Shown here: one piece after another, positions 30,781-44,650 of the stretch
How positions within the stretch are numbered: position 1 is the first letter of the stretch
Layout: each line of letters begins with the position of its first letter
From: the human T2T-CHM13v2.0 reference genome, Homo sapiens
Length of the DNA: 64,000 bases
Assembly: GCF_009914755.1 (NCBI RefSeq)
Contig: NC_060945.1
Strand: one strand, 5' to 3'
Program-made: the position numbers and the translations under genes
The notes under the pieces: model-generated
Told to the model about the DNA's origin: nothing
Seen by the model: only the letters and a program-made list of their open reading frames with translations
Databases searched by the model: none

Positions 30781-33700
30781 GGAATGGAATGCAATGGAAT
30801 CCACCCGAGTGGAATGGAATGGAATGGAATGGAATGGAATGGAATGGAGTGGAATAGAAAGGAATGGAGTGGAATGGAATAAACACCAGGGGAATGAAAT
30901 GGATTGGAATGAAATGGAATGGAATGGAATGGAATGGAATGAAATCAACCCAAGTGGAATGGAACGGAATGGAATGGAAAGGAATGTAATAGAATGAAAT
31001 GGCAAGGAATGGAATGGAATCAACCCAAATGGGATGGCATGGAATGGAATTGAATGGAATGGAATGGAATGGAATGGAATCAACCCAAGTGCAATGGAAT
31101 GGAAAGGAATGCAATGGAATCTACCCGAGTGGAATGGAATGGAATGGAATGGAATGGAATGGAATGGAATGGAATGGAGTGGAATAGAAAGGAATGGAGT
31201 GGAATGGAATAAACACCAGGGGAATGAAATGGATTGGAATGAAATGGAATGGAATGGAATGGAATGGAATGAAATCAACCCGAGTGGAATGGAACGGAAT
31301 GGAATGGAATGGATAGGAATTAATGGAATGGAATGGGGTGAAATCAACACGAGAGGAATGGAATGGAATGGAATGGAATGGAATGGAATGGAATGGAATG
31401 AACCCGAATGGAATGGAATGGATTGGAATGGAATGGAATGGAATCAACCCGAGCAGAAAGGAATGGAATGGAATGGAGTGGAATGGAATGGAATGGAATG
31501 GAAGTTAATCAACACGAATTGAATGGAACGGAATGCAATGGGATGGGTTGGAATGGAATGGAAAGAAATTTAATCAACACGAATGGAATGGAAAGGAATG
31601 GAATGGAATGGCATGGAATGGAATGGAATGGAATGGAATGGAATAGAATGAAATAGAAAGCAAAGGAATGGAATCAACACGAGTGGAATAGAATGGAACG
31701 GAATGGAATTAACCCGAGTGGAATGAAATGGAATGTAAAGCAATGGGATGGAGTGGAATCAACCCGAGTGGAATGGAATGGAATGGAATAAATCCGGGTG
31801 GAGTGCAATGGAATGTAATGGAGTGGAATGTAAAGGAATTTAGTGGAATGGAATGGAATGGAATCAACACGAATGGAATGGAACGGAAAGGAATGAGATG
31901 GGATGGAATGGAATGGAATGGAAGTTAATCAACACGAATTGAATGGAACGGAATGGAATGGAATGGAATGGAATGGAATGAAATGGAATGGAATGGAATG
32001 GAATGGAATGGAATGGAATGAAATGGAATGGAATGGAATGGAATGGAATGGAATGAAATCAACCCGAGTGGAATGGAACGGAATGGAATGGAAAGGAAAG
32101 GAATGAATGGAATGGAATGGTGTGGAATCAACACGAGAGGAACGGAATGGAACGGAAAGGAACGGAACGGAATGGAAAGGAATGGAATGGAATGAACGCG
32201 AATGGAATGGAATGGATTGGAATGGAAAGGAATGGAATCAACCCGAGCGGAAAGGAATGGAATGGAATGGACTGGAATGGAATGGAATGGAATGGAATGG
32301 AATGGAATGGAATGGAATCAACAAGAATGGAATGGAACGGAACGGAATGGGATGGGATGGAATGGAATGGAATGGAACTTAATCAACACGAATGGAAAGT
32401 AATGGAATGGAATGAACCCGAATGGAATGGAATGAACCCGAATGGAATGGAATGGACTGGAATGCAATGGAATAGAATCAACCTGAGAGGAAAGGAATGG
32501 AATGGAATGGAGTGGAATGGAATGGAATGGAATGGAATGGAATGGAATGGAATGGAATCAAAACGAATGGAATAGAACGGAATGGAATGGGACGGGATGG
32601 AATGGAATGGAATGGAAGTTAATCAACACGAATGGAATGGAACGGAATGGAATGGAATGGAATGGAATGGAATGGAATGAACCCGAATTGAATGGAATGG
32701 ATTGGAATGGAATGGAATGGAATCAACCCGAGCGGAAAGGAATGGAATGGAATGGATTGGAATGGAATGGAATGGAATGGAATGGAATGGAATGGAATCA
32801 AAACGAATGGAATAGAACGGAATGGAATGGGATGGGATGGAATGGAATGGAATGGAAGTTAATCAACACGAATGGAATGGAACGGAATGCAATGGAATGG
32901 AATGGAATGGAATGAACCCCAATTGAATGGAATGGATAGGAATGGAATGGAATGGAATCAACCCGAGCGGAAAGGAATGGAATGGAATGGAGTGGAATGG
33001 AATGTAATGGAATGGAATGGAATGGAATGGAATCAACACGAATGGAATGGAAAGGAATGGAATGGGATGGGATGGAATGGAATGGAATGGAAGTTAATCA
33101 ACACGAATGGAATGGAACGGAATGGAAAGGAATGGAATGGATCGGAATGGAACCCAATGGAATCAACTGGAATGGAATGGAATGGAATGAAATGGAATGG
33201 AATGGAATGGAATAAACCCGGGTGGAGTGGAGTGGAATGGAATTTTGTGGAATGGAATGGAATGGAATGGAATGGAATGGAATGAACCCGAATTGAATGG
33301 AATGGATTGGAATGGAATGGAATGGAATCAACACGAGCGGAAAGGAATGGAATGGAATGGATTGGAATGGAATGTAATGGAATGGAATGGAATGGAATGG
33401 AATCAACACGAATGGAATGGAACGGAATGGAATGGGATGGGATGGAATGGAATGGAACGGAAGTTAATCAACACGAATGGAATGGAACAGAATGGAATGG
33501 AATGGAATGGAATGGAATGAAATGGAATGGAATGGAATGAAATGAAAGGGAAAGGAACGGAATGGAATCAACACGAGTGGAATGGAATGGTACGGAATGG
33601 AATCAACCAGAGTGGAATGAAATGGAATGTAATGCAATGGGATGGAGCGGAATCAACACGAGTGGAATGGAATGGAATGGAATGGAATGGATTGGAATGG

Positions 33701-36700
33701 AATGGAATGAAATGGAATGGATCGGAATGGAATCCAATGGAATCAACTGGAATGGAATGGAATGGAATGGAATGGAATGGAATGGAATGGAATGGAATAA
33801 ATCCGGGTGGAGTGGAATGGAATGTAATGGAGTGGAATGTAATGGAATTTTCTGGAATGGAATGGAATGGAATGGAATGGAATGGATTGGATCGGAATGG
33901 AATCCAATGGAATCAACTGGAATGGAATGGAATGGAATGGAATAAATCCGGGTGGAGTGGAATGGAATGAAATGGAGTGGAATGGAATGTAATTTAATGG
34001 AATGGAATGGAATGGAATGGAATCAAACCGAATGGAATGGAACGGAATGGAATGGAAAGGAATGGAATGGAATGGAATGGAATGGAATGGAATCAACCCG
34101 AATGGGATGGCATGGAATTGAATTGAATGGAATGGAATGGAATGGAATGGAATGAAACCGAATGGAAAGGAATAGATTGGAATGGAATGGAATGGAATCA
34201 ACCCGAGCGGAACGGAATTGAATGGAATGGAGTGGAATGGAATATAATGGAATTGAATGGAAAGGAATGGAATCAACACGAATGGAATGGAACGGAATGG
34301 AATGGGATGGGATGGAATGGAATGGAATGGAAGTTAATCAACACGAATGGAATGGAACGGAATGGAATGGAATGGAATGGAATGGAATTGAATGGAATGA
34401 ACCCGAATGGAATGGAATGGATTGGAATGGAATGGAATGGAATCAACCTGAGCGGAAAGGATTGGAATGGAATGGAGTGGAATGGAATGGAATGGAATGG
34501 AATGTAATGGAATGGAATCAGCACGAATGGAATGGAACGGAATGGAATGGAATGGAATGGAATGGAATGGAATGGAAAGGAATGGAATGGATTCAACACG
34601 AGTGGAATGGAATGGAACAGAATGGAATCAACCCGAGTGGAATGAAATGGAATGTAGTGCAATGGGATGGAGGGGAATCAACCCGAGTGGAATGGAATGG
34701 AATGGAATGGAATGGAATGGAATGGAATGGAATGAAATGGAATGGATCGGAATGGAACACAATGGAATAAACTGGAATGGAATGGAATGGAATGGAATGG
34801 AATGGAATGGAATGGAATGGAATGGAATGGAATAAACCCGGGTGGAGTGGAATGGAATGAAATGGAGTGGAATGGAATGGAATTTAGTGGAATGGAATGG
34901 AATGGAATCAAACCGAATGGAATGGAACGGAATGGAATGGAAAGGAATGGAATGGAATGGAATGGAATGGAATGGAATGGAATGGAATGGAATCAACACA
35001 AATGGGATGGCATAGAATTGAATTGAATGGAATGGAATGGAATGGAATGGAATGGAATCAACCCAAGTGCAATGGAATGGAATGGAATGCAATGGAATAC
35101 ACCCGAGTGGAATGGAATGGAATGGAATGGCATGGAATGGAATGGAATGGAATGGAATGGAATGGAATGGAGTGGAATAGAACGGAATGGAGTGGAATGC
35201 AATAAACACCAGGGGAAAGAAATGCATTGGAATGAAATGGAATGGAATGGAATGGAATGGAATGGAATGGAATGGAATGAAATCAACCCGAGTGGAATGG
35301 AATGGAATGGAAAGGAATGAATGGAATGGAATCTGGTGGAATCAACATGAGAGGAATGGAATGGAATGGAATGGAACGGAAGGGAATGGAAAGGAATGGA
35401 ATGGAATGAACCCGAATGGAATGGAATGGATTTGAATGGAATGGAACGGAATTAACCCGAGCGGAAAGGAATGGAATGGAATGGAGTGGAATGGAAAGTA
35501 ATGGAATGGAATGGAATGGAATGGAATCAACACGAATGGATTGGAATGGAATGGAATGGGATGGGATGGAATGGAATGGAATGGAAGTTAATCAACACGA
35601 ATGGAATGCAACGGAATGGAATGGAATGGAATGGAATGAACCCGAATGGAATTGAATGGATTGGAATGCAATGGAATGGAATCAACCCGAGCAGAAAGGA
35701 TTGGAATGGAATGGAGTGGAATGGAATGTAATGTAATGGAATGGAATGGAATGGAATCAACACGAATGGAATGGAACGGAATGGAATGGTATGGGATGGA
35801 ATGGAATGGAATGGAAGTTAATCAACACGAAGGGAGTGGAACGGAATGGAATGGAATGGAATGGAATGCAATGGAATGGAATGGAATGGAATGGAATGAA
35901 ATGGAAAGGAACGGAAAGGAATCAACAGGAGTGGAATGGAATGGAACGGAATGGAATCAACCCGAGTGGAATGAAATGGAATGTAGTGCAATGGGATGGA
36001 GTGGAATCAACCCGAGTGGAATGGAATGGAATGGAATGGAATGGAATGGAATGGAAAGGAATGAAATGAAATGGATTGGATCGGAATGGAATCAGATCGA
36101 ATTAACTGGAATGGAATGGAATGGAATGGAATGGAATGGAATAAATCCGGGTGGAGTGGAATGGAATGGAATGGAGTGGAATGGAATGGAATTTTGTGGG
36201 ATGGAATGGAATGGAATGGAATGCAATGGAATGGAATCAACCGGAATGGGATGGCATGGAATGGAATTGAGTGGAATGGAATGGAATGGAATGGAATGGA
36301 ATCAAATCAAGTTCAATGGAATGGAATGGAATGCAATGGAATCCACCGGAGTGGAATGGAATGGAATGGAATGGAATGGAATGGAGTGTAATGGAACGGA
36401 ATGGAATGGAATGGAACGGAATGGAATGGAATGAACCCGAATGGAATGGAATGGAATTAACCCGAATGGAATGGAATGGATTGGAATGGAATGGAATGGA
36501 ATCAACCTGAGCGGAAAGGAATGGAATGGAATGGAGTGGAATGTAATGGAATGGAATGGAATGGAATGGAATGGAATCAACACGAATGGAATGGAACGGA
36601 ATGGAATGGGATGGGATGGAATGGAATGGAATGGAAGTTAATCAACACGAATGGAATGGAACGGAATGGAATGGAATGGAATGGAATGGAATGGAATGGA

Positions 36701-37277
36701 ATGAAATGGAAAGGAACGGAATGGAATCAACACGAGTGGAATGGAATGGAACGGAATGGAATCAACCCGAGTGGAATTAAATGGAATGTAAGGCAATTGG
36801 ATGGAGGGGAATCAACCCGAGTGGAATGGAATGGAATGGAATGGAATGGAATGGAATGGAATGGAATGAAATGAAATGGAATGGATCAGAATGGAATCCA
36901 ATGAAATCAACTGGAATGGAATGGAATGGAATGAAATGGAATGGAATAAATCCGGTTGGAGTGGAATGGAATGTAATGGAGTGGAAGGTAATGGAATTTT
37001 GTGGAATGGAATGGAATGGAATGCAGTGGAATGGAATGAAATGGATTAGATCGGAATGGAATCCATTGGAATCAACTGGAATGGAATGGAATGGAAAGGA
37101 ATGGAATGGAATGGAATGGAGTGGAATGGAATGGAATGGAATGGAATGGAATGGAATGGAATGGAATGGAATGGAATAAATCCGGGTGGAGTGGAATGGA
37201 ATGAAATGGAGTGGAATGTAATGGAATTTAGTGGAATGGAATGGAATGGAATGGAATGGAATGGAATGGAATGGAAT

Positions 37278-40100
37278 CAACCCGAATGGAATGGAACGGA
37301 ATGGAATGGAAAAGAATGTTATGGAATGGAATGGAATCAACACGAATAGGATGGCATTGAATTGAATGGAAAGGAATGGAATGGAATGGAATGGAATGGA
37401 ATGGAATGGAATGGAGTCAACCCAAGTGCAATGGAATGGAATGGAATGCAATGGAATCCACCCGAGTGGAATTGAATGGAATGGAATGGAATGGAATGGA
37501 ATGGAATGGAATGGAATGGAGTGGAATCGAACGGAATGGAGTGGAATGCAATAAACACCAGGGGAATGAAATGGATTGGAATGAAATGGAATGGAATGGA
37601 ATGGAATGGAACGGAATTGAATGGAATGAAATCAACCCGAGTGGAATGGAATGGAATGGAATGGAATGGAAAGGAATGAATGGAATGGAATGGGGTGGAA
37701 TCAACACGAGAGGAATGGAATGGAATGGAATGGAACTGAACGGAATGGAAAGGAATGGAATGGAATGAACCCGAATGGAAAGGAATGGATTGGAATGGAA
37801 TGGAATGGAATCAACTCTAGCGGAAAGGAATGGAATGGAATGGAGTGGAATGGAATGGAATGGAATGGAATGGAATGGAATGGAGTGGAATGTAATGTAA
37901 CGGAATGGAATGGAATGGAATGGAATCAACACGAATGGAATGGAACGGAATGGAATGGGATGGAATGGAATGGAATGGAATTTAATCAACACGAATGGAA
38001 TGGAAAGGAATGGAATGGAATGGCATGGAATGGAATGGAATGGAATGGAATGGAATAGAATGAAATAGAAAGGAAAGGAATGGAATCAACACGAGTGGAA
38101 TAGAATGGAACGGAATGGAATCAACCCGAGTGGAATGGAATGGAATGGAATGGAATGGAATGGAATAAATCCGGGTGGAGTGGAATGGAATGTAATGGAG
38201 TGGAATGTAAAGGAATTTAGTGGAATGGAATGGAATGGAATCAACACGAATGGAATGGAAAGGAATGGAATGAGATGGGATGGATTGGAATGGAATGGAA
38301 GTTAATCAACACGAATTGAATGGAACGGAATGGAATGGAATGGAATGGAATGGAATGGAATGGAATGGAATGAAATAAACCCGAGTGGAATGGAACGGAA
38401 TGGAATGGAATGAAATGGAATGGAATGGAATGGAATGGAATGAAATCAACCCGAGTGGAATGGAACGGAATGGAATGGAATGGAAAGGAATGAATGGAAT
38501 GGAATGGTGTAGAATCAACACGAGAGGAATGGAATGGAATGGAAAGGAACAGAACGGAATGGAAAGGAATGGAATGGAATGAACGCGAATGGAATGGAAA
38601 GGATTGGAATGGAATGGAATGGAATCAACCCGAGCGGAAAGGAATGGAATGGAATGGAATGGAATGGAATGGAATGGAATGGAATCAACCCGAATGGAAT
38701 GGAACGGAATGGAATGGAAAGGAATGTTATGGAATGGAATGGAATCAACACGAATAGGATGGCATTGAATTGAATGGAAAGGAATGGAATGGAATGGAAT
38801 GGAATGGAATGGAATGGAGTCAACCCAAGTGCAATGGAATGGAATGGAATGCAATGGAATCCACCCGAGTGGAATTGAATGGAATGGAATGGAATGGAAT
38901 GGAATGGAATGGAGTGGAATCGAACGGAATGGAGTGGAATGCAATAAACACCAGGGGAATGAAATGGATTGGAATGAAATGGAATGGAATGGAATGGAAT
39001 GGAATGGAATTGAATGGAATGAAATCAAACCGAGTGGAATGGAACGAAATGGAATGGAATGGAAAGGAATGAATGGAATGGAATGGGGTGGAATCAACAC
39101 GAGAGGAATGGAATGGAATGGAATGGAACGGAACGGAATGGAAAGGAATGGAATGGAATGAACCCGAATGGAATGGAATGGATTGGAATGGAATGGAATG
39201 GAATCAACTCTAGCGGAAAGGAATGGAATGGAATGGAGTGGAATGGAATGGAATGGAATGGAATAGAATGGAATGGAGTGGAATGTAATGTAACGGAATG
39301 GAATGGAATGGAATGGAATCAACACGAATGGAATGGAACGGAATGGAATGGGATGGAATGGAATGGAATGGAATTTAATCAACACGAATGGAATGGAAAG
39401 GAATGGAATGGAATGGCATGGAATGGAATGGAATGGAATGGAATGGAATAGAATGAAATAGAAAGGAAAGGAATGGAATCAACACGAGTGGAATAGAATG
39501 GAATGGAATGGAATCAACCCGAGTGGAATGGAATGGAATGGAATGGAATGGAATGGAATGGAATAAATCCGGGTGGAGTGGAATGGAATGTAATGGAGTG
39601 GAATGTAAAGGAATTTAGTGGAATGGAATGGAATGGAATCAACACGAATGGAATGGAACGGAATGGAATGAGATGGGATGGAATGGAATGGAATGGAAGT
39701 TAATCAACACGAATTGAATGGAACGGAATGGAATGGAATGGAATGGAATGGAATGGAATGAAATAAACCCGAGTGAAATGGAACGGAATGGAATGGAATG
39801 AAATGGAATGGAATGGAATGGAATGGAATGGAACGGAATGGAATGGAATGGAATGGAATGAAATCAACCCGAGTGGAATGGAACGGAATGGAATGGAATG
39901 GAAAGGAATGAATGGAATGGAATGGTGTAGAATCAACACGAGAGGAACGGAATGGAATGGAAAGGAACGGAACGGAATGGAAAGGAATGGAATGGAATGA
40001 ACGCGAATGGAATGGAATGGATTGGAATGGAATGGAATGGAATCAACCCGAGCGGAAAGGAATGGAATGGAATGGAATGGAATGGAATGGAATGGAATGG
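37278..40100 (+). repeat. ~1.4-kb tandem duplication within HSat3
   Basis: CAACTCTAGC at 37812/39205, GGTGTAGAAT at ~38506/39924, AATAGGATGGCATTG at ~37345/38753. Confidence 0.85.
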
Positions 40101-40799
40101 AATCAACACGAATGGAATGGAATGGAACGGAATGGGATGGGATGGAATGGAATGGAATGGAACTTAACCAACACGAATGGAAAGTAATGGAATGGAATGA
40201 ACCCGAATGGAATGGAATGAACCCGAATGGAATGGAATGGATTGGAATGCAATGGAATGGAATCAACCTGAGAGGATAGGAATGGAATGGAATGGAGTGG
40301 AATGGAATGGAACGGAATGGAATGGAATGGAATGGAATCAAAACGAATGGAATAGAACGGAATGGAATGGGATGGGATGGAATGGAATGGAATGGAAGTT
40401 AATCAACACGAATGTAATGGAACGGAATGGAATGGAATGGAATGGAATGGAATGAACCCGAATTGAATGGAATGGATAGGAATGGAATGGAATGGAATCA
40501 ACACGAGCGGAAAGGAATGGAATGGAATGGAGTGGAATGGAATGTAATGGAATGGAATGGAATGGAATGGAATCAACACGAATGGAATGGAACGGAATGG
40601 AATGGGATGGGATGGAATGGAATGGAATGGAAGTTAATCAACACGAATGGAATGGAACGGAATGGAAAGGAATGGAATGGATCGGAATGGAACCCAATGG
40701 AATCAACTGGAATGGAATGGAATGGAATGGAATGGAATGGAATGAATGGAATAAACCCGGGTGGAGTAGAATGGAATGGAATTTTGTGGAATGGAATGG

Positions 40800-43700
40800 A
40801 ATGGAATGGAATGGAATGGAATGGAATGGAATGGAATGAAATGGATTGGATCGGAATGGAATCCAATGGAATCAACTGGAATGGAATGGAATGGAATGGA
40901 ATTCAATGGAATGCAATGGAATAAATACGGGTGGAGTGGAATGGAATGAAATGGAGTGGAATGGAATGGAATTTAGTGGAATGGAATGGAATGGAATGGA
41001 ATGGAATTGAATGGAATGGAATAAACCCGAATGGAATGGAACGGAATGGAATGGAAAGGAATGGAATGGAATGCAATGGAATGGAATGGAATGGAATGGA
41101 ATGAAATCAACCCGAGTGGAATGGAACGGAATGGAATGGAATGGAAAGGAAAGAATGGAATGGAATGGTGTGGAATCAACATGAGAGGAATGGAATGGAA
41201 TGGAATGGAACGGAATGGAATGCAAAGGAATGGAATGGAATGAACGCGAATGGAATGGAATGCAGTGGAATGGAATGGAATGGAATGGAATGGAATGGAA
41301 TGGAATCAACACGAATGGAATGGAACGGAACGGAATGGGATGGGATGGATTGGAATGGAATGGAACTTAATCAACACGAATGGAAAGTAATGGAATGGAA
41401 TGAACTCGAATGGAATGGAATGGATTGGAATGCAATGGAATGGAATCAAGCTGAGAGGAAAGGAATGGAATGGAATGGAGTGGAATGGAATGGAATGGAA
41501 TGGAATGGAATGGAATTGAATGGAATCAACACGAATGGAATGGAACGGAATGGAATGGGATGGGATGGAATGGAATGGAATGGAAGTTAATCAACACGAA
41601 TGGAATGGAACGGAATTGAATGGAATGGAATGGAATGGAATGAAATGGAATGGAATGGAATGAAATGAAAGGGAAAGGAACGGAATGGAATCAACACGAG
41701 TGGAATGGAATGGAACGGAATGGAATCAACCCGAGTGGAATAAAATGGAATGTAATGAAATGGGATGGAGAGGAATCAACACGAGTGGAATGGAATGGAA
41801 TGGAATGAAATGGAATGGATCGGAATGGAATCCAATGGAATCAACTGGAATGGAATGGAATGGAATGGAATGGAATAGAATGGAATGGAATGGAAAGGAA
41901 TGGAATAAATCCTGGTGGAGTGGAATGGAATGTAATGGAGTGGAATGTAATGGAATTTTGTGGAATGGAATGGAGTGGAATGAAATGGATTGGATCGGAA
42001 TGGAATCCAATGGAATCAGATGGAATGGAATGGAATGGAATGGAATGGAATGGAATGGAATGGAATAAATCCGGGTGGAGTGGAATGGAATGAAATGGAG
42101 TGGAATGGAATGGAATTTATTGGAATGCAATGGAACGGAATGGAATGGAATGGAATGGAATGGAATCAAACCGAATGGAATGGAACGGAATGGAATGGAA
42201 TGGAATGGAATCAAACCGAATGGAATGGAACGGAATGGAATGGAAAGGAATGGAAAGGAATGGAATGGAATGGAATGGAACGGAATGGAATCAACCCGAA
42301 TGGGATGGCATGGAATTGAATTGAATGGAATGGAATGCAATGGAATGGAATGAAACCGAATGGAAAGGAATGGATTGGAATGGAATGGAATGGAATCAAC
42401 CTGAGCGGAATGGAATTGAATGGAATGGAGTGGAATGGAATATAATGGAATGGAATGGAAAGGAATGGAATCAACACGAATGGAATGGAACGGAATGGAA
42501 TGGGATGGGATGGAATGGAATCGAATGGATGATAATCAACACGAATGTAATGGAACGGAATGGAATGGAATGGAATGGAATGAACCCGAATGGAATGGAA
42601 TGGATTGGAATGGAATGGAATGAAATGGAATGGATCGAAATGGAATACAATGGAATCAACTGGAATGGAATGGAATGGAATGGAATGGATCGAAATGGAA
42701 TACAATGGAATCAACTGGAATGGAATGGAATGGAATGGAATGGAATGGAATGAAATGGATTGGATCGGAATGGAATCCAATGGAATCAACTGGAATGGAA
42801 TGGAATGGAATGGAATTCAATGGAATGCAATGGAATAAATACGGGTGGAGTGGAATGGAATGAAATGGAGTGGAATGGAATGGAATTTAGTGGAATGGAA
42901 TGGAATGGAATGGAATGGAATTGAATGGAATGGAATAAACCCGAATGGAATGGAACGGAATGGAATGGAAAGGAATGGAATGGAATGCAATGGAATGGAA
43001 TGGAATGGAATGGAATGAAATCAACCCGAGTGGAATGGAACGGAATGGAATGGAATGGAAAGGAAAGAATGGAATGGAATGGTGTGGAATCAACATGAGA
43101 GGAATGGAATGGAATGGAATGGAACGGAATGGAATGCAAAGGAATGGAATGGAATGAACGCGAATGGAATGGAATGCAGTGGAATGGAATGGAATGGAAT
43201 GGAATGGAATGGAATCAACACGAATGGAATGGAACGGAACGGAATGGGATGGGATGGAATGGAATGGAATGGAACTTAATCAACACGAATGGAAAGTAAT
43301 GGAATGGAATGAACTCGAATGGAATGGAATGGATTGGAATGCAATGGAATGGAATCAAGCTGAGAGGAAAGGAATGGAATGGAATGGAGTGGAATGGAAT
43401 GGAATGGAATGGAATGGAATGGAATTGAATGGAATCAACACGAATGGAATGGAACGGAATGGAATGGGATGGGATGGAATGGAATGGAATGGAAGTTAAT
43501 CAACACGAATGGAATGGAACGGAATTGAATAGAATGGAATGGAATGGAATGAAATGGAATGGAATGGAATGAAATGAAAGGGAAAGGAACGGAATGGAAT
43601 CAACACGAGTGGAATGGAATGGAACGGAATGGAATCAACCAGAGTGGAATAAAATGGAATGTAATGAAATGGGATGGAGAGGAATCAACACGAGTGGAAT

Positions 43701-44650
43701 GGAATGGAATGGAATGAAATGGAATGGATCGGAATGGAATCCAATGGAATCAACTGGAATGGAATGGAATGGAATGGAATGGAATAGAATGGAATGGAAT
43801 GGAAAGGAATGGAATAAATCCTGGTGGAGTGGAATGGAATGTAATGGAGTGGAATGTAATGGAATTTTGTGGAATGGAATGGAGTGGAATGAAATGGATT
43901 GGATCGGAATGGAATCCAATGGAATCAGATGGAATGGAATGGAATGGAATGGAATGGAATGGAATGGAATAAATCCGGGTGGAGTGGAATGGAATGAAAT
44001 GGAGTGGAATGGAATGGAATTTATTGGAATGCAATGGAACGGAATGGAATGGAATGGAATGGAATGGAATCAAACCGAATGGAATGGAACGGAATGGAAT
44101 GGAATGGAATGGAATCAAACCGAATGGAATGGAACGGAATGGAATGGAAAGGAATGGAAAGGAATGGAATGGAATGGAATGGAACGGAATGGAATCAACC
44201 CGAATGGGATGGCATGGAATTGAATTGAATGGAATGGAATGCAATGGAATGGAATGAAACCGAATGGAAAGGAATGGATTGGAATGGAATGGAATGGAAT
44301 CAACCTGAGCGGAATGGAATTGAATGGAATGGAGTGGAATGGAATATAATGGAATGGAATGGAAAGGAATGGAATCAACACGAATGGAATGGAACGGAAT
44401 GGAATGGGATGGGATGGAATGGAATCGAATGGATGATAATCAACACGAATGTAATGGAACGGAATGGAATGGAATGGAATGGAATGAACCCGAATGGAAT
44501 GGAATGGATTGGAATGGAATGGAATGAAATGGAATGGATCGAAATGGAATACAATGGAATCAACTGGAATGGAATGGAATGGAATGGAATGGAATGGAAT
44601 GGAATGAAATGCATTGGATCGGAATGGAATCCAATGGAATCAACTGGAAT
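40800..44650 (+). repeat. ~1.9-kb tandem duplication within HSat3
   Basis: ORF offsets of 1914, 1909 and 1904 (40973/42887, 41685/43594, 42325/44229). CAAGCTGAGAGG, AAATCCTGGT, ATCAGATGG and GGATGATAATCAAC occur in both copies. Confidence 0.9.
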
